Shown here in pieces: positions 43,601-53,883 of a stretch of DNA of 64,000 nt; positions within the stretch are counted from its first letter, which is position 1; each line of letters starts with the position of its first letter. The notes under the pieces were generated by a model that saw only the letters and a program-made list of their open reading frames with translations, made no database searches and was not told the DNA's origin. Both the position numbers and the translations under genes were made by a program. Source of the stretch: Emiliania huxleyi CCMP1516 (Eukaryota); NCBI RefSeq assembly GCF_000372725.1, contig NW_005201287.1:326986-390985 (forward strand), in the 5' to 3' direction.

Positions 43601-44873
43601 GAGGGAGAGGCGCGCACGGAGATGTCTCCGTACTCCACGTGCAACAGGTTGTTCATCGTCAGCGAGATGAGCTTTTCGTTGTGCTCCACCTGTGTCGCGG
43701 TGGCGACGGCGCGGGGCTGGGCAACGGTGCGTTGTGGGGGTGTGCGGCAGGGGAGGCTGTGCAACCAACGGGGCGGGAGGGAGAGGCGCGCACGGAGATG
43801 TCTCCGACCACGTCCTCCAGGTTGTTCATCGTCAGAGAGATGAGCTTGGGGTTGTACTCCACCTGTCGCGGTGGCGGGGGAGCGGGGCTGGTCAGCGGTG
43901 CGGTGTAATGCGGTGCGAGGAGGGGAGGCAGTGCGAAGGGGCGAGAGGGGGAGAGGCGCGCACGTCGATGCCTCCGCCCACGCCCCGCAGGTGGTTCATC
44001 GTCAGCGAGACGAGGTTGTCGTTGGTCTTCACCTGTCGCGAGGGCGGGGGGCTGAGCAGCGGTGCGGTGTAGGGGTGTGCGGCAGGGGCGGCAGTGCGGA
44101 TGGGCGGGAGAGGGGGAGAGGCGCGCACCAAGATGCCTCCGTCCACGCGCTCCGGCTTGGGCATCGTCAGAGTGGCGAGGTTGGGGTTGTTCGTCACCTG
44201 TTCGCGGTGACGAGTGAGCGGTGCGGTGCAGCGGTGCGGTGCAGGGGTGTGCGGAGTGGAGGCGGTGCGGAGGGGGAGAGGCGGGGGGGAGAGGCGCGCA
44301 CACCCAAATGTCTCCGCGCACGTCCGCCAGGTTGTTCATCGTCAGAGAGATGAGCTTGGGGTTGTACTCCACCTGCCGCGGTGGCGAGGGGCGCAGGGCT
44401 GGGCAGCGGTGTGGTGGAGGGCGGTGAGGGGAGGGGGGGCAGTGCGGAGGGGGCGGGAGAGGGAGAGAGGCGCGCACGTTGATGGTCCTGCCAACGTTCT
44501 CCAGGTTGTTCATCGTCAGCGAGGTGAGGTTGGGGTTGCGCGTCACCTGCCGCGGTGGCGAGGGGCGCAGGGCTGGGCAGTGGTGCGGTGCAGGGCGGTG
44601 AGGGGAGCGGAGGGCCAGTGCGGAGGGGGCGGGAGGGGGAGAGGCGCGCACCAAGATACCCCCGAGCACGTCCCGCAGGCTGGGCAGGTTGACGTCTCCG
44701 CTTGCGTCGCCGTCAATCAAACTGCCGGTCACCGTTTGACACCCCTGCCGAAGCGCATCTGCCAGAAAGCGGTTTCCCTTACACACGACGGCAGGCGTCG
44801 CCACTTGGGCGGGAGCAAAGTTCGGCCCGCGTCCGGTCGGCAGCGCCAGGTTTGCATTCAGCACAGCCAACAT
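40619..44873 (-). CDS. Receptor-L-domain-like leucine-rich repeat protein, 1 leader exon + 23 single-repeat phase-0 exons; 3' end not found
   Basis: Leader exon 44652-44873 (..GCQTVTGSL....VNLPSLRDVLGGIL, an L-domain-type start). Then exons of 66-99 nt with consensus VxxNxxLxxLTMxNLxxVxGxI, each bounded by ..ccaccgcg(a/g)cag| and |gtgcgcgcctctccc. Confidence 0.85.
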
Positions 44874-45834
44874 GAATGACGGCGGCCTCTTTCGCACGAG
44901 AGAGAAGCCGAGAATAAAGAATTTATCCTCGAAGGCGGTCGCATGACACGATTCACGCGACAGGCGAGGCGCGGGCGACGGCTTCCTCAGAAGCCGTCGC
45001 CCGCACCACAGGAGCAGTCACACCACTCCCACTCCGGCGCCCACCTACTCTTCACCCCGACATCCCCACCCCACCCCACAACCCCGCCCCCCCCCCGACC
45101 CGAGCAACCCCGCCCCAACCCGACCCGACCCGATCCACCCCGCCCCGCCCCGCCCCGCCCCCCCCACCGGACCAACCCGCGAGCCGCTCCCGGCTCCGCC
45201 CCTCGCCCAATCCCCACCCGCGCCTGCGCCTGCCACCCGCGCCGCCTCCCCGACGCGCGCACGCGACGCCAGCCACCTCGCCCGCCGCCCCGCCCGCCGC
45301 CCGCCGCCTCGCCCGGCCTTCGCGCCCGAGAATAAAAAAAATTACAACAACTCACTCGCACAACACTGGGCACGGGACTGGCGCGCACTGGTACTGACAC
45401 AGGTACGGTGCGAGAATAAAGAATAGGATCGCCTAGTGTGGAGACGCCGTGTACCGTGGGGCCTTGTTGTCCCAGCACGGGAGAGTACCCGTGTGGACCG
45501 GAGGTAACAGCAGCAGCAGCAGCAGCTGGCGCAACACTGGGCACGGGACTGGCGCGAAATGGCAGTAACATGGACACGGGGGCGCGCGTCACCGAGGCGG
45601 ACTGCAAGGTCGCCTCCAACTAATAATAATAATACGCGCCTGTGCGCTGCGTGGCGCGGCCGCGCCCGCGCGCCGCGCGCCGCGGGCGTGGCTTGCCGGG
45701 GCCCGTGGCGTAAACTCTGTCTGTCATGTGCACATCAACATGTACATACATGTACATGTTGTTGTTGTTGCAATAAAAATAATACGGGCCCAGACCAACA
45801 AAGGCGCGCGCACAGACCGCGGCGCAGCAGCAGC

Positions 45835-45940
45835 TCACGAGACGAGGGTCGACGCGGTGGCGGCCTCGTACTTGAAGTTGGGCGCGACAGCCTTGACCTC
45901 CTTGTAGTAGCGCGGCGGTGGATGCGGCTCTCGATCAGAA
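45835..45940 (-). pseudogene. RPS13: 5'-truncated, frameshifted 40S ribosomal protein S13 (uS15) C-terminal fragment
   Basis: The minus strand reads LIESRIHR-[4-nt deletion]-RYYKEVKAVAPNFKYEAATASTLVS*, matching the eukaryotic RPS13 C-terminus (LIESRIHRLARYYK...PNWKYESSTASALV). Confidence 0.85.
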
Positions 45941-46159
45941 AGACGTATGCATTGCCTATCCAGGGCTATCACCTGGACCTATCAACAGGCGCCTGCGGCG
46001 CCGTGGTCAGGAGCTGCTGTTCACGCCGGTCCACACTTTCATAGTGGACAGTATGGAGTATGCTTATCTGTAATCTGAGGGTCCACCGTGTCGTTGTGAC
46101 GAGAGAGTACGTTCCCCACCCGTCGACAATCGGGTGGGGGTTGCAAGTCGTCTCGTCGC

Positions 46160-48383
46160 TCACTTTCCGCCCACCATCTTGCGCGCGGCAAAGACGGCAC
46201 CCGCCAGGGCGGCCACGGCGGCAGCGAGCTCGAGCGAGGAGAGTGGCTCGACCACCTGTTCCAGACGAGACGACGAGACGCATTTGCGGGCCAAGTAGGG
46301 GGCGGGTGGGCGGGGTGGGTGGTGGTGGTGGGTGGTGGTGGTGGGGGGGTGGGGGGGGGGGGTGGGGGGGGGGGCTCCTCGCCATCGATGTAATGCACCC
46401 CCTTTTGGGTTCGCGGCCGCCCCGAAAATGCGGCCCGAGGAAGGGGCAGGCCGCCCCGACAAGCGGTACAAGGTACTTGTTGGCGGCCACGACAGCCGCG
46501 CTGTTGTAACAAGGCGCAACCCCTTCGAACAACGGCCAGGCGCGGTACTTGGGGAGGGGGGTTTGGAGCCCCTCGGGCCAGAACCTTTGAAAATTTTAGG
46601 ACCGCCCCCNNNNNNNNNNNNNNNNNNNNNNNNNNNNNNNNNNNNNNNNNNNNNNNNNNNNNNNNNNNNNNNNNNNNNNNNNNNNNNNNNNNNNNNNNNN
46701 NNNNNNNNNTTTTTTGGGGGGGTGAGGCGCGCGCACACACACGCCTGCACGAGCGCGCCCGCGGCCGCGAGCCAGACCGTCTCGCCGACGGCAACCTCGG
46801 ACGCCTGCTTGAGCGCCTTTGCCGGGCCGGCGGGCAGCTTGTGCGTCGGGGTGAGCGTGACCGTCGCCGTTGCGGTGGCGAGCGAGAGGAAGGCTGCCTT
46901 GGCGGACGGGTCGGCCAGCGAGAAGGAGGAGACGGTGTCGAGGCCGAGGGTGCCTAGTATTAGTAAGTAGCGACAGTGTTAGACCAAGCCCCCAACTCCC
47001 CGCTCGTAAATCGAGCGTACCGTCGGCCGCCGCCGCGAGGATCGAGTCGCCGGCGGAGAGGGAGGAGAGGGGGACGGTCTCGCCGTCGGCGCGCTGCACC
47101 ATTGCCGAGCTCGGGAAGCACGGCGCCGGGTCCGTGGCTTGCGGGTCCACGCCAAGTGGAGGCGAGGGCGAGGCCGACGGCGGCGGCGGGGACGGCGGGG
47201 CCAACGGCGGCGGCGGCGAGGGCGAGGTAGATGGCGGCGACGGGGGCGTCGCCGGCGGCGGCGGCAGTGACGGCCGCGGGGACGGCGGCTGCGGGGACGG
47301 CGAGGCCGGCGGCGGGGACGGCGAGGCCGAAGGTGGTGGCGGCGGGAGCGGCGGCGGGGACGGCGAGGCCGATGGCGGCGGCAGGGAGGGCGGAGCCGGC
47401 GGCGGCGGCGGGGAGGGCGAGGCCGGCGGCGGCTTGGGCGCCTTGTCCGGAGAGTAGGGAGGCGATGCCGGCGGACAGGTTTTGACGATCGTGGCCACCG
47501 CCGGGAAGTCGTTGGCCCCAATCCTGACGGACTCGCCGCACGCAAGGAGGACCTTCGTGATGTCGGTTCCGCCGAAGACGTCCTGCAGCGCGGGCGGTGC
47601 GTGGCGGCTGGCGTGGGGTGTCGGAAGAAAGCGGGAGGGGAGGAGGGGGGGGGGCGCACATCGCCCATGTCGAGTGTTGTTGCGTTGGTCAGGTCGAGGG
47701 TGCCGGTGAGCTTCGTGCAGCCGTAGAAGGCCCAGTTTCCAATGTCGAGGCTCGACCCGAAGGTGACGGAGGTGATGCCGGTGTTAAGGTAGAAAGCTTT
47801 CTGCAGCGATAGGGCGGGGGGCGTGGCGGCTCGCGTTTGGGCGTCGGGAGAAAGCGGGAGGGCAGGGGGCGGAGCGCGCACAGTGCCGATGGTGAGGCGG
47901 TTGGTTGCGACACTCAGGTCGAGGTTGCCGGCAAGCGTCGAACCGTCAAAGGCGTTCGCGCCGATGTTCTCGAGGCTCGACCCGAACGTGACGGACTTGA
48001 CACCGATGTAGAATCCATCCGAAGGGGTCCCCACATAGCGACCTCTGTTGAAACCATTGCACTCTTGAAAGGCCCCCTGCGAAGCAAGGGAGTGCGGGTC
48101 CCGGTGTGGAGCGCGCCGGACGAGCGCGGGGAGTAGCGAGTGCTGCTTTTGAGCTGGATGGGCGGGCGCACCGGGGGAATGGAGATCTCGGACGAGCAGT
48201 CGAGGTGTCCACTCTCGTCGATACCGCCGTTGCAGATATTCTCCTCGCAAGGTGTTTGGGCGAACACGCCTGCGGCACACGCAGCAGGGGGTGATCCACG
48301 CGGCTGCTGGAGGTGGGATCTGGAGGTGGGCAAGGTTACGCACGGCGTGCGCAGCTGACGAGCAGCAGGAGGAAGCGCTTCAT
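46160..48383 (-). CDS. Surface protein: signal peptide, BspA-type LRRs, Ser/Pro-rich stalk, Hedgehog-type Hint domain, C-terminal TM helix; spliced, spans a gap
   Basis: Signal MKRFLLLLVSCA. LRRs VKSVTFGSSLENIGANAF and ITSVTFGSSLDIGNWAFYGCTKL. (SPSPPPP)n stalk. Hint start PCFPSSAMVQRADGETVPLSSLSAGDSIL and block-B VTLTPTH. Last exon LELAAAVAALAGAVFAARKMVGGK*. Confidence 0.8.
46610..46709. other. Assembly gap (100 N)
   Basis: N run with low-quality flanks. Confidence 0.99.
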
Positions 48384-48419
48384 GCAGGTGTCCCGCCTGC
48401 GGCACAAGCGAGATTCAGG

Positions 48420-49930
48420 ATGCGACTAGAGGAAAGCAGGCGCCAGGCGGGTGCCGTAGGGGTGGCTTTTGAGCGTGCTCGAGTGCTGACACTCGTAAAA
48501 AAGAAAAGAAAGCATTTGGACCGCCGCCCGGCCGCACCGCACTCTCCCGCCCGCCCGCAGGCACCGCCCTCGCCTCTCCGTCTCCGCGCCGCGCCAAGCG
48601 GCAGCGAGTGAGCCTCGCCGCATACACATCTCCCCCATATCTCCCCCATATCTCCCCATATCTCGAGTGAGCCTCGCCGCCGCCTCTGCCGGAGGAAGTG
48701 TCCGCGAGACTTCTCCGACCCTTCCCTGACCCTTCCTGCAGGTCTCGAGCGCCGCCTCGGCCGAGGAAGGGCCCGGCGCCACCCCGGCGAGCGGCGGGGC
48801 GGCGGGCGGCGGCGCGAAGGAGGCGGAGAAGGAGGAGGGCGAACGAGGAGGCCGAGGAGGACGAGGCGAGTCGGCTGCACCTGCTGCGCGTGAGGGTGAC
48901 TTTCCGGCCGGCTGCTCGGGAGGCGGCGGGGAGGGGCGAGGCGGACGGCGACGGAGAGGCGCGAGGGGGTAGGGGTGGTAGGAGGGGAGGGGAGGGGGGA
49001 GGGGGGGGGGGGGGGGGGCTCTTCACACGCGCAGCCTTTTCACAAGGGAAAGGGCTTCTGGCGGGGTAGGCGGAGGAGGGCGAGGCTGCGGACGACGGAG
49101 AAGTCGCGGAGGGAGGGGGGGAGCTGCAGCTGCAGTTCTGCTGCCTCGCCTCAGCGGGACTCCTCGCCTCAGCGCCGACCTCCCGCCCGCCACCCAGCCT
49201 CCCCTCCGGCCTGGCGCCGGACGAGGCGCTCGTGGCGCTGCTTCCCTCCGTCCCTTTCCGCTGGGTGAAGCAGCTCGAGCTCGGAGCCCGCCGGCCCGCC
49301 TCTTCACCGTCCAGCTAGCCCCACCCCTCCCCTCTTGAGTGCGTCCCAGGCGCAGGAGCTTGGCCCGGAGCTCCCGTCCGGCGCCGTGTCTGCGCACGCG
49401 CTGCCCGCCCTGCGCCGCTTCGAGCAGGTCATCGACGCGCTCTCCGCGCGAGTATCCGCCCGCGCCGACCTCGCCACGGAGCTGCAGCACCTCGAGCAGC
49501 GCCGGACCGCACCGCTCCCGCCCGCGCAGCCGCTCATGCCGCCCGCGCCCCTCGTCTCCGCCCTGACCGCCTGGACAGAGGTAGAGAGACCCCCCCCCCC
49601 CCCNNNNNNNNNNNNNNNNNNNNNNNNNNNNNNNNNNNNNNNNNNNNNNNNNNNNNNNNNNNNNNNNNNNNNNNNNNNNNNNNNNNNNNNNNNNNNNNNN
49701 NNNCCGAAAAACACCTCGCATTCCAACCATCCACCCACCCCACCCGCCCACCACCACCGCCCTCGCCCACCGTACACGCCCCCTACTCCGTATCCCACCA
49801 CCGCACCCCCCCTCCCCCTCCCTCCCCTTTCCCGGGCCCAGGTGGCGGACCCGACGGAACTGCCTCCTGCGACCGTTGCCGCGCTGGCGCGTGCGCCCGC
49901 TTGGCGCGTGCCGCCGAGCCCAGTCGGCAT
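48420..49930 (+). CDS. Hypothetical spliced low-complexity protein, spans a gap
   Basis: Exon-like stretches (RRANEEAEEDEASRLHLLR; LRRFEQVIDALSARVSARADLATELQHLEQRR) separated by intron-like atatctcccc repeats. Confidence 0.3.
49604..49703. other. Assembly gap (100 N)
   Basis: N run. Confidence 0.99.
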
Positions 49931-50926
49931 GAGGCGGACAAGCCGGTGCACCGAGGCACACTCCCCCCCATCACACCATGCCCATGATCTTATGCATGCA
50001 TGAGGAGCGCTGCGGTGTGTACGTGTGTGTGTGTGTGTTGGTTTGTTTGTGCGAGGGCTGGGCAGGGCAGGGCGGGGCGGCGGCGAGCGGCGAGCGGCGT
50101 CGGCGAGATCGGCGACGAAGAGAGGCGATGGTGACGTACACGGCGGCAGTGTTCACGGCAGCAGCGCCGGTGGCGGCCCCGCGCAGCGGCGGCGGCGCCC
50201 TGAGTGAGGCTGACTGCCCTGCACAGCCTGCTGGGAACGCTCCCGACGAGCGGCGCGCCACACGGGCCCGCCGCGGGCGACGCGGGCGGCGAGCCGACAC
50301 GCGTGTCGCAGGCGTAGACAGCACTGGCGAAGCGAGGCGGCCGGCGCCGGCCCGGAGGCGGTTGCAGTAAGAGCAGCGAAGCAAAAGTCACTGTCCAAGG
50401 CGTATTGAGCGGGCTGCCATCGAGCAGCGCGCCATGCGGGCCTGCCGCCGGCGACGAGATTGGAGAGCCGACAGGCATCGAAGAGGTAGGTACTGAGGAG
50501 GGCCATCGCGGGGAGGCGGTCTGCGCCGGCCCTGCAGGCCGTCACAGAGAGCCTGGCGAGGCTGTACAGAATGCCGAGAGCATACTGAGCAGGCTGCCGT
50601 CGAGCGACGAGCCATGCTCGTCGCAGGCGATGAGGTCGAGGAGCCGATCGGAGCGTCGCAGAGGCTGCCGACCACTGGCGTTCGCCCTCGGGCCCAGGGG
50701 TGGAAGGCATCGAAGAGGTAGCAGACGTCGCAGAGCATCCGGCAGGCACGCAGCGACCCAATCTTTTGCTCACCGCACGCGACGGCCGTGCGAGCCGTCG
50801 GTCGGTCGGTGGTGATGGTCGACGTCGGCGCGCGCCGACCAACGCGGCTGCGGTGGGCGTCATGTGGCGGGCGTGGGACTAGACATTGTGCGACTTTCGG
50901 ACGTCCCTCCGCCTAGAGTAACTATA

Positions 50927-51005
50927 TAAGGTAAGGTAAGGTAAGGTAAACTTCTCCACACACACGAGGTGGTTGGGCAAGGGGGGGCGACCCTCGCGTC
51001 TCCAC
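50927..51005 (-). repeat. Copy of the (GGTAA)n-ended dispersed repeat
   Basis: Matches 231-306. Confidence 0.65.
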
Positions 51006-52899
51006 GCTAGACGACAGGAGCTCTAACTGGTAACTCTTGTAGTTTGTTTGTTCTTTGTACTGTACTTTTAGCTTACTGGGAGAAAGGGCGAGATCTCTCT
51101 CTCTCTCTCTTTGTTTAGGATCCTCTACATGTGTACATCACGGGCCGCACCTCAAGTGTATCAACACCGACAGACGAAAGACGGACGTACTGACGTAAGT
51201 GTGCACTAACGTATGCCGACACTGTAGATTCTCAAGAAATGGGCATCTCAGACACCGCGCAGATGTCACACATGGCATGACTCAACGGGACATGGCTTGG
51301 GGCATGGGATTTACACGCTCTCCGACATGAACTAACTACTCGCGGTGTACGCGCGCGCCGAGCAGAGCCGGCGCTATCCCGCTGACGGCGGCAAACGCGC
51401 ATTGGCGGCAAGCGCGCCGCGGCGCGCGCGCCGATAGTTGACAAAAGTAGTCATGACAACCGCGCAAGCCAGCGAGCTGGCAGGGCGATCGTCTCCGCGC
51501 CGCAGGCTTGCGCGGGTGCACGCCGGGGCGGGGGCGGCCGCGTTGCTGGCCCGGCCGCCGAAAAAGAACCCTCCACAGCGCGCGGAGATCATCAACACGG
51601 GCTGGCATCGCACGCCAAGTATGGAACGTGGCAGCTTGACGTGGGCGAGGGCCCGGGCGAGGAAGGCCTCGCCCAGATCCACGTGGTGCATGTGCATGGC
51701 AGGAGGTTTATGACGCCAGAGCAGCGAGCGGCGTGCTGGCCTGTCCCGCGTGGCGGCGGGATCAAGAGAGTTTTTCCGGGACTTGATGATTGTGCGAGCG
51801 AGCCAAACGAATCCCACTCTGCCGCCCACAAGTGTGATACTCACACAGTTCGAAATCGGCGCGGCTGAACTCTCTGTGTAGTGGATCCGCGACCACAGTG
51901 TTGGCAGACGAGACAGTGACATGCTTGCCGGCTCGGCTTGCTTGGTCCTTGGACCTCGTGTCGGGCTCCCAATAAGTGCATCACTGTGCGTGCGGTGACG
52001 TATGGTCCTAGGAAGCTACGGCTTCACTATATAACGGTAGTACTAACGATCGGAAGGGGCGATCGGAAGGGGAATACAGTACTTGTATCAGAGCCCTCGA
52101 GATATAGACGGAGACACACTGGCAGCATCGTTGCAGCCAGACGCCGTTTGAAGATAAGTAAGGCCGCCTTCGCTTGAGCCACCCACGCCACACCGCACAC
52201 GCCTCTCCGCGCTCTAGTCCGCGCTGCTCTCTCCGCTGCCCAACCTGAGTAACTCTTCCACGAAAGCGGCTTCTGGGATCCCCGGGAAGCGCGCGCGGCG
52301 TTGGTTCGCGGCGGCTAATAATGGAAAATAATTCATCAGCTAAGGAGCTGGTGACGTGACGCTAATGTGCATGAGCGGAAAGTTGCCTCCCGACTTGACC
52401 GCTATCATGGATCGCATAATCCCGGACTCATGGGAAGAGGACACACAAAGAGGACGACGACTTATTCTGCACACGCGCAGCTCCGGCTTGAAAGACTCTC
52501 CGGTAACCTAGCATTCGTTTACGGCGACCGAAATACAAGTAAAGCAGGAGCAAGGGGTAGCGGGGCAGCCAGCGCGATGGCTCGCCCTCTAAAGAAAGAG
52601 CGACCCGGGGGATGCCCCGCCCGCGCGCCTGACCCAGGCGCGAGAAACGAATCTGCGAGGCGAGGCCGCTCATGCGGCCCGATGGGGAGGAACGGGCGGA
52701 CTGCGGGAATCGGCCTCTTACACCGCCCTTCCTTGCAGCGAGCCCCCTCCAGCCCACCCGCGCTAGGTCTCGGGTTGACGCATGGGTCACTCCCGCGAAC
52801 CCGAGAACTACCCTGGTACTCGAGTAGCCGGGGCAGTCGAGAAGGGGCACCTGACGGTCGGCCGTCAGAAAACACGCCTGCGTGCTGCGTGCATCTACA

Positions 52900-53616
52900 A
52901 TGCTAGCCCGACGCTCCCTCCTCTCGCCTTTTCGGCGCTTGTGCACAACGCTCGCCTCCGAGCCCGTCGCCTCCAGCTCCACCTCTGCGATTCAGCGGCA
53001 CGGCGCCGGCGATAAGGTAGTGAATCTCAACGTAGGCGGTAAATCCTTCATCACCCTGCGATCGACACTTGCCGAGAGCCCAACGCTGCGCGAGTACGTC
53101 GAGCGCGCCGAGGCAAACTTGGAATTTTCAAAGGATGGCGCTACGTTCATCGACCGCGATCCGACGCATTTCCCCATCATACTTGCACACATGCGCAACA
53201 AGTGCGAGGGGCTCGGGCTTAGCCTGACCTTGGGCGCCACCCGGCACAAGACGACGGTTTCACTACCAAAGGATCATGCAACGCTTGGCGAGCTGCTCCT
53301 GGAGGCCAAGCACTACCAGCTGCCAGAGCTTGAGAAGCGCATCTGCAAGAGATACTTTGTCACGTCGCTGATTTCCCAACTCGGCGTCGGCAACCCTTTC
53401 GAGGCATTCGCGCGCGGGGCGACCGCTCTTCGTGGCGTGCTCTTGGCCGTCGTGGGTGGAAGCGGCATTGCCGTAAGCATGACAGATGACTCGGGGAGCC
53501 GGAGCAGCAGCAGCGACGACGTACTCTCGGCGGTGAAGGAACGCGCGCAGGCAGCAGTTGATCGCTTTGTGCGCGGCGGCGGAGATGGGGCGGAAGGTGG
53601 AGGAGAGCGGAGATGA
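52900..53616 (+). CDS. BTB/POZ (KCTD / K-channel T1-type) domain protein with putative mitochondrial presequence, intronless
   Basis: VVNLNVGGKSFITLRSTL, FIDRDPTHFPIILAHMR and LLLEAKHYQLPEL. N-terminus MLARRSLLSPFRRLCTT. Confidence 0.88.
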   Translation: MLARRSLLSPFRRLCTTLASEPVASSSTSAIQRHGAGDKVVNLNVGGKSFITLRSTLAESPTLREYVERAEANLEFSKDGATFIDRDPTHFPIILAHMRNKCEGLGLSLTLGATRHKTTVSLPKDHATLGELLLEAKHYQLPELEKRICKRYFVTSLISQLGVGNPFEAFARGATALRGVLLAVVGGSGIAVSMTDDSGSRSSSSDDVLSAVKERAQAAVDRFVRGGGDGAEGGGERR

Positions 53617-53883
53617 GATCATGGTCGGGCCATGTCTCCACAAGATCTTGTATGTGAGACAAAAGCCGATGGTATGAAAATTTTTCACTGGTCTCGAAAA
53701 AGGTGTGCGCGACCCCGCGACACCGACATAATACATGACAAACGCGTAACGTATGTACACATCGTCGATCGATCTCTCCGGACCCCAGCTCGTCTCGACA
53801 CTCGAGAGTCGAGTCTGACCCGTCTCTCTCACGACACGTAAGAGTACAGACACGCTTGCGCTCGGTGTACGTGGAACTCAATC

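Noticed and set aside
40619..44873. CRISPR or simple satellite interpretation of the ~170-bp periodic array
   Set aside because: The variable parts translate as in-frame LRR-like repeats bounded by GT/AG, so this is an exon-intron array.
46320..46609. Frameshifts or divergence in the Hint C-terminal region
   Set aside because: Low-quality gap-flanking sequence, so pseudogenisation cannot be inferred.
49980..52880. Possible genes or TE remnants (~160-bp diverged repeats at 50240-50660; broken frames at 51450-52175)
   Set aside because: No family recognisable by eye and insufficient support.
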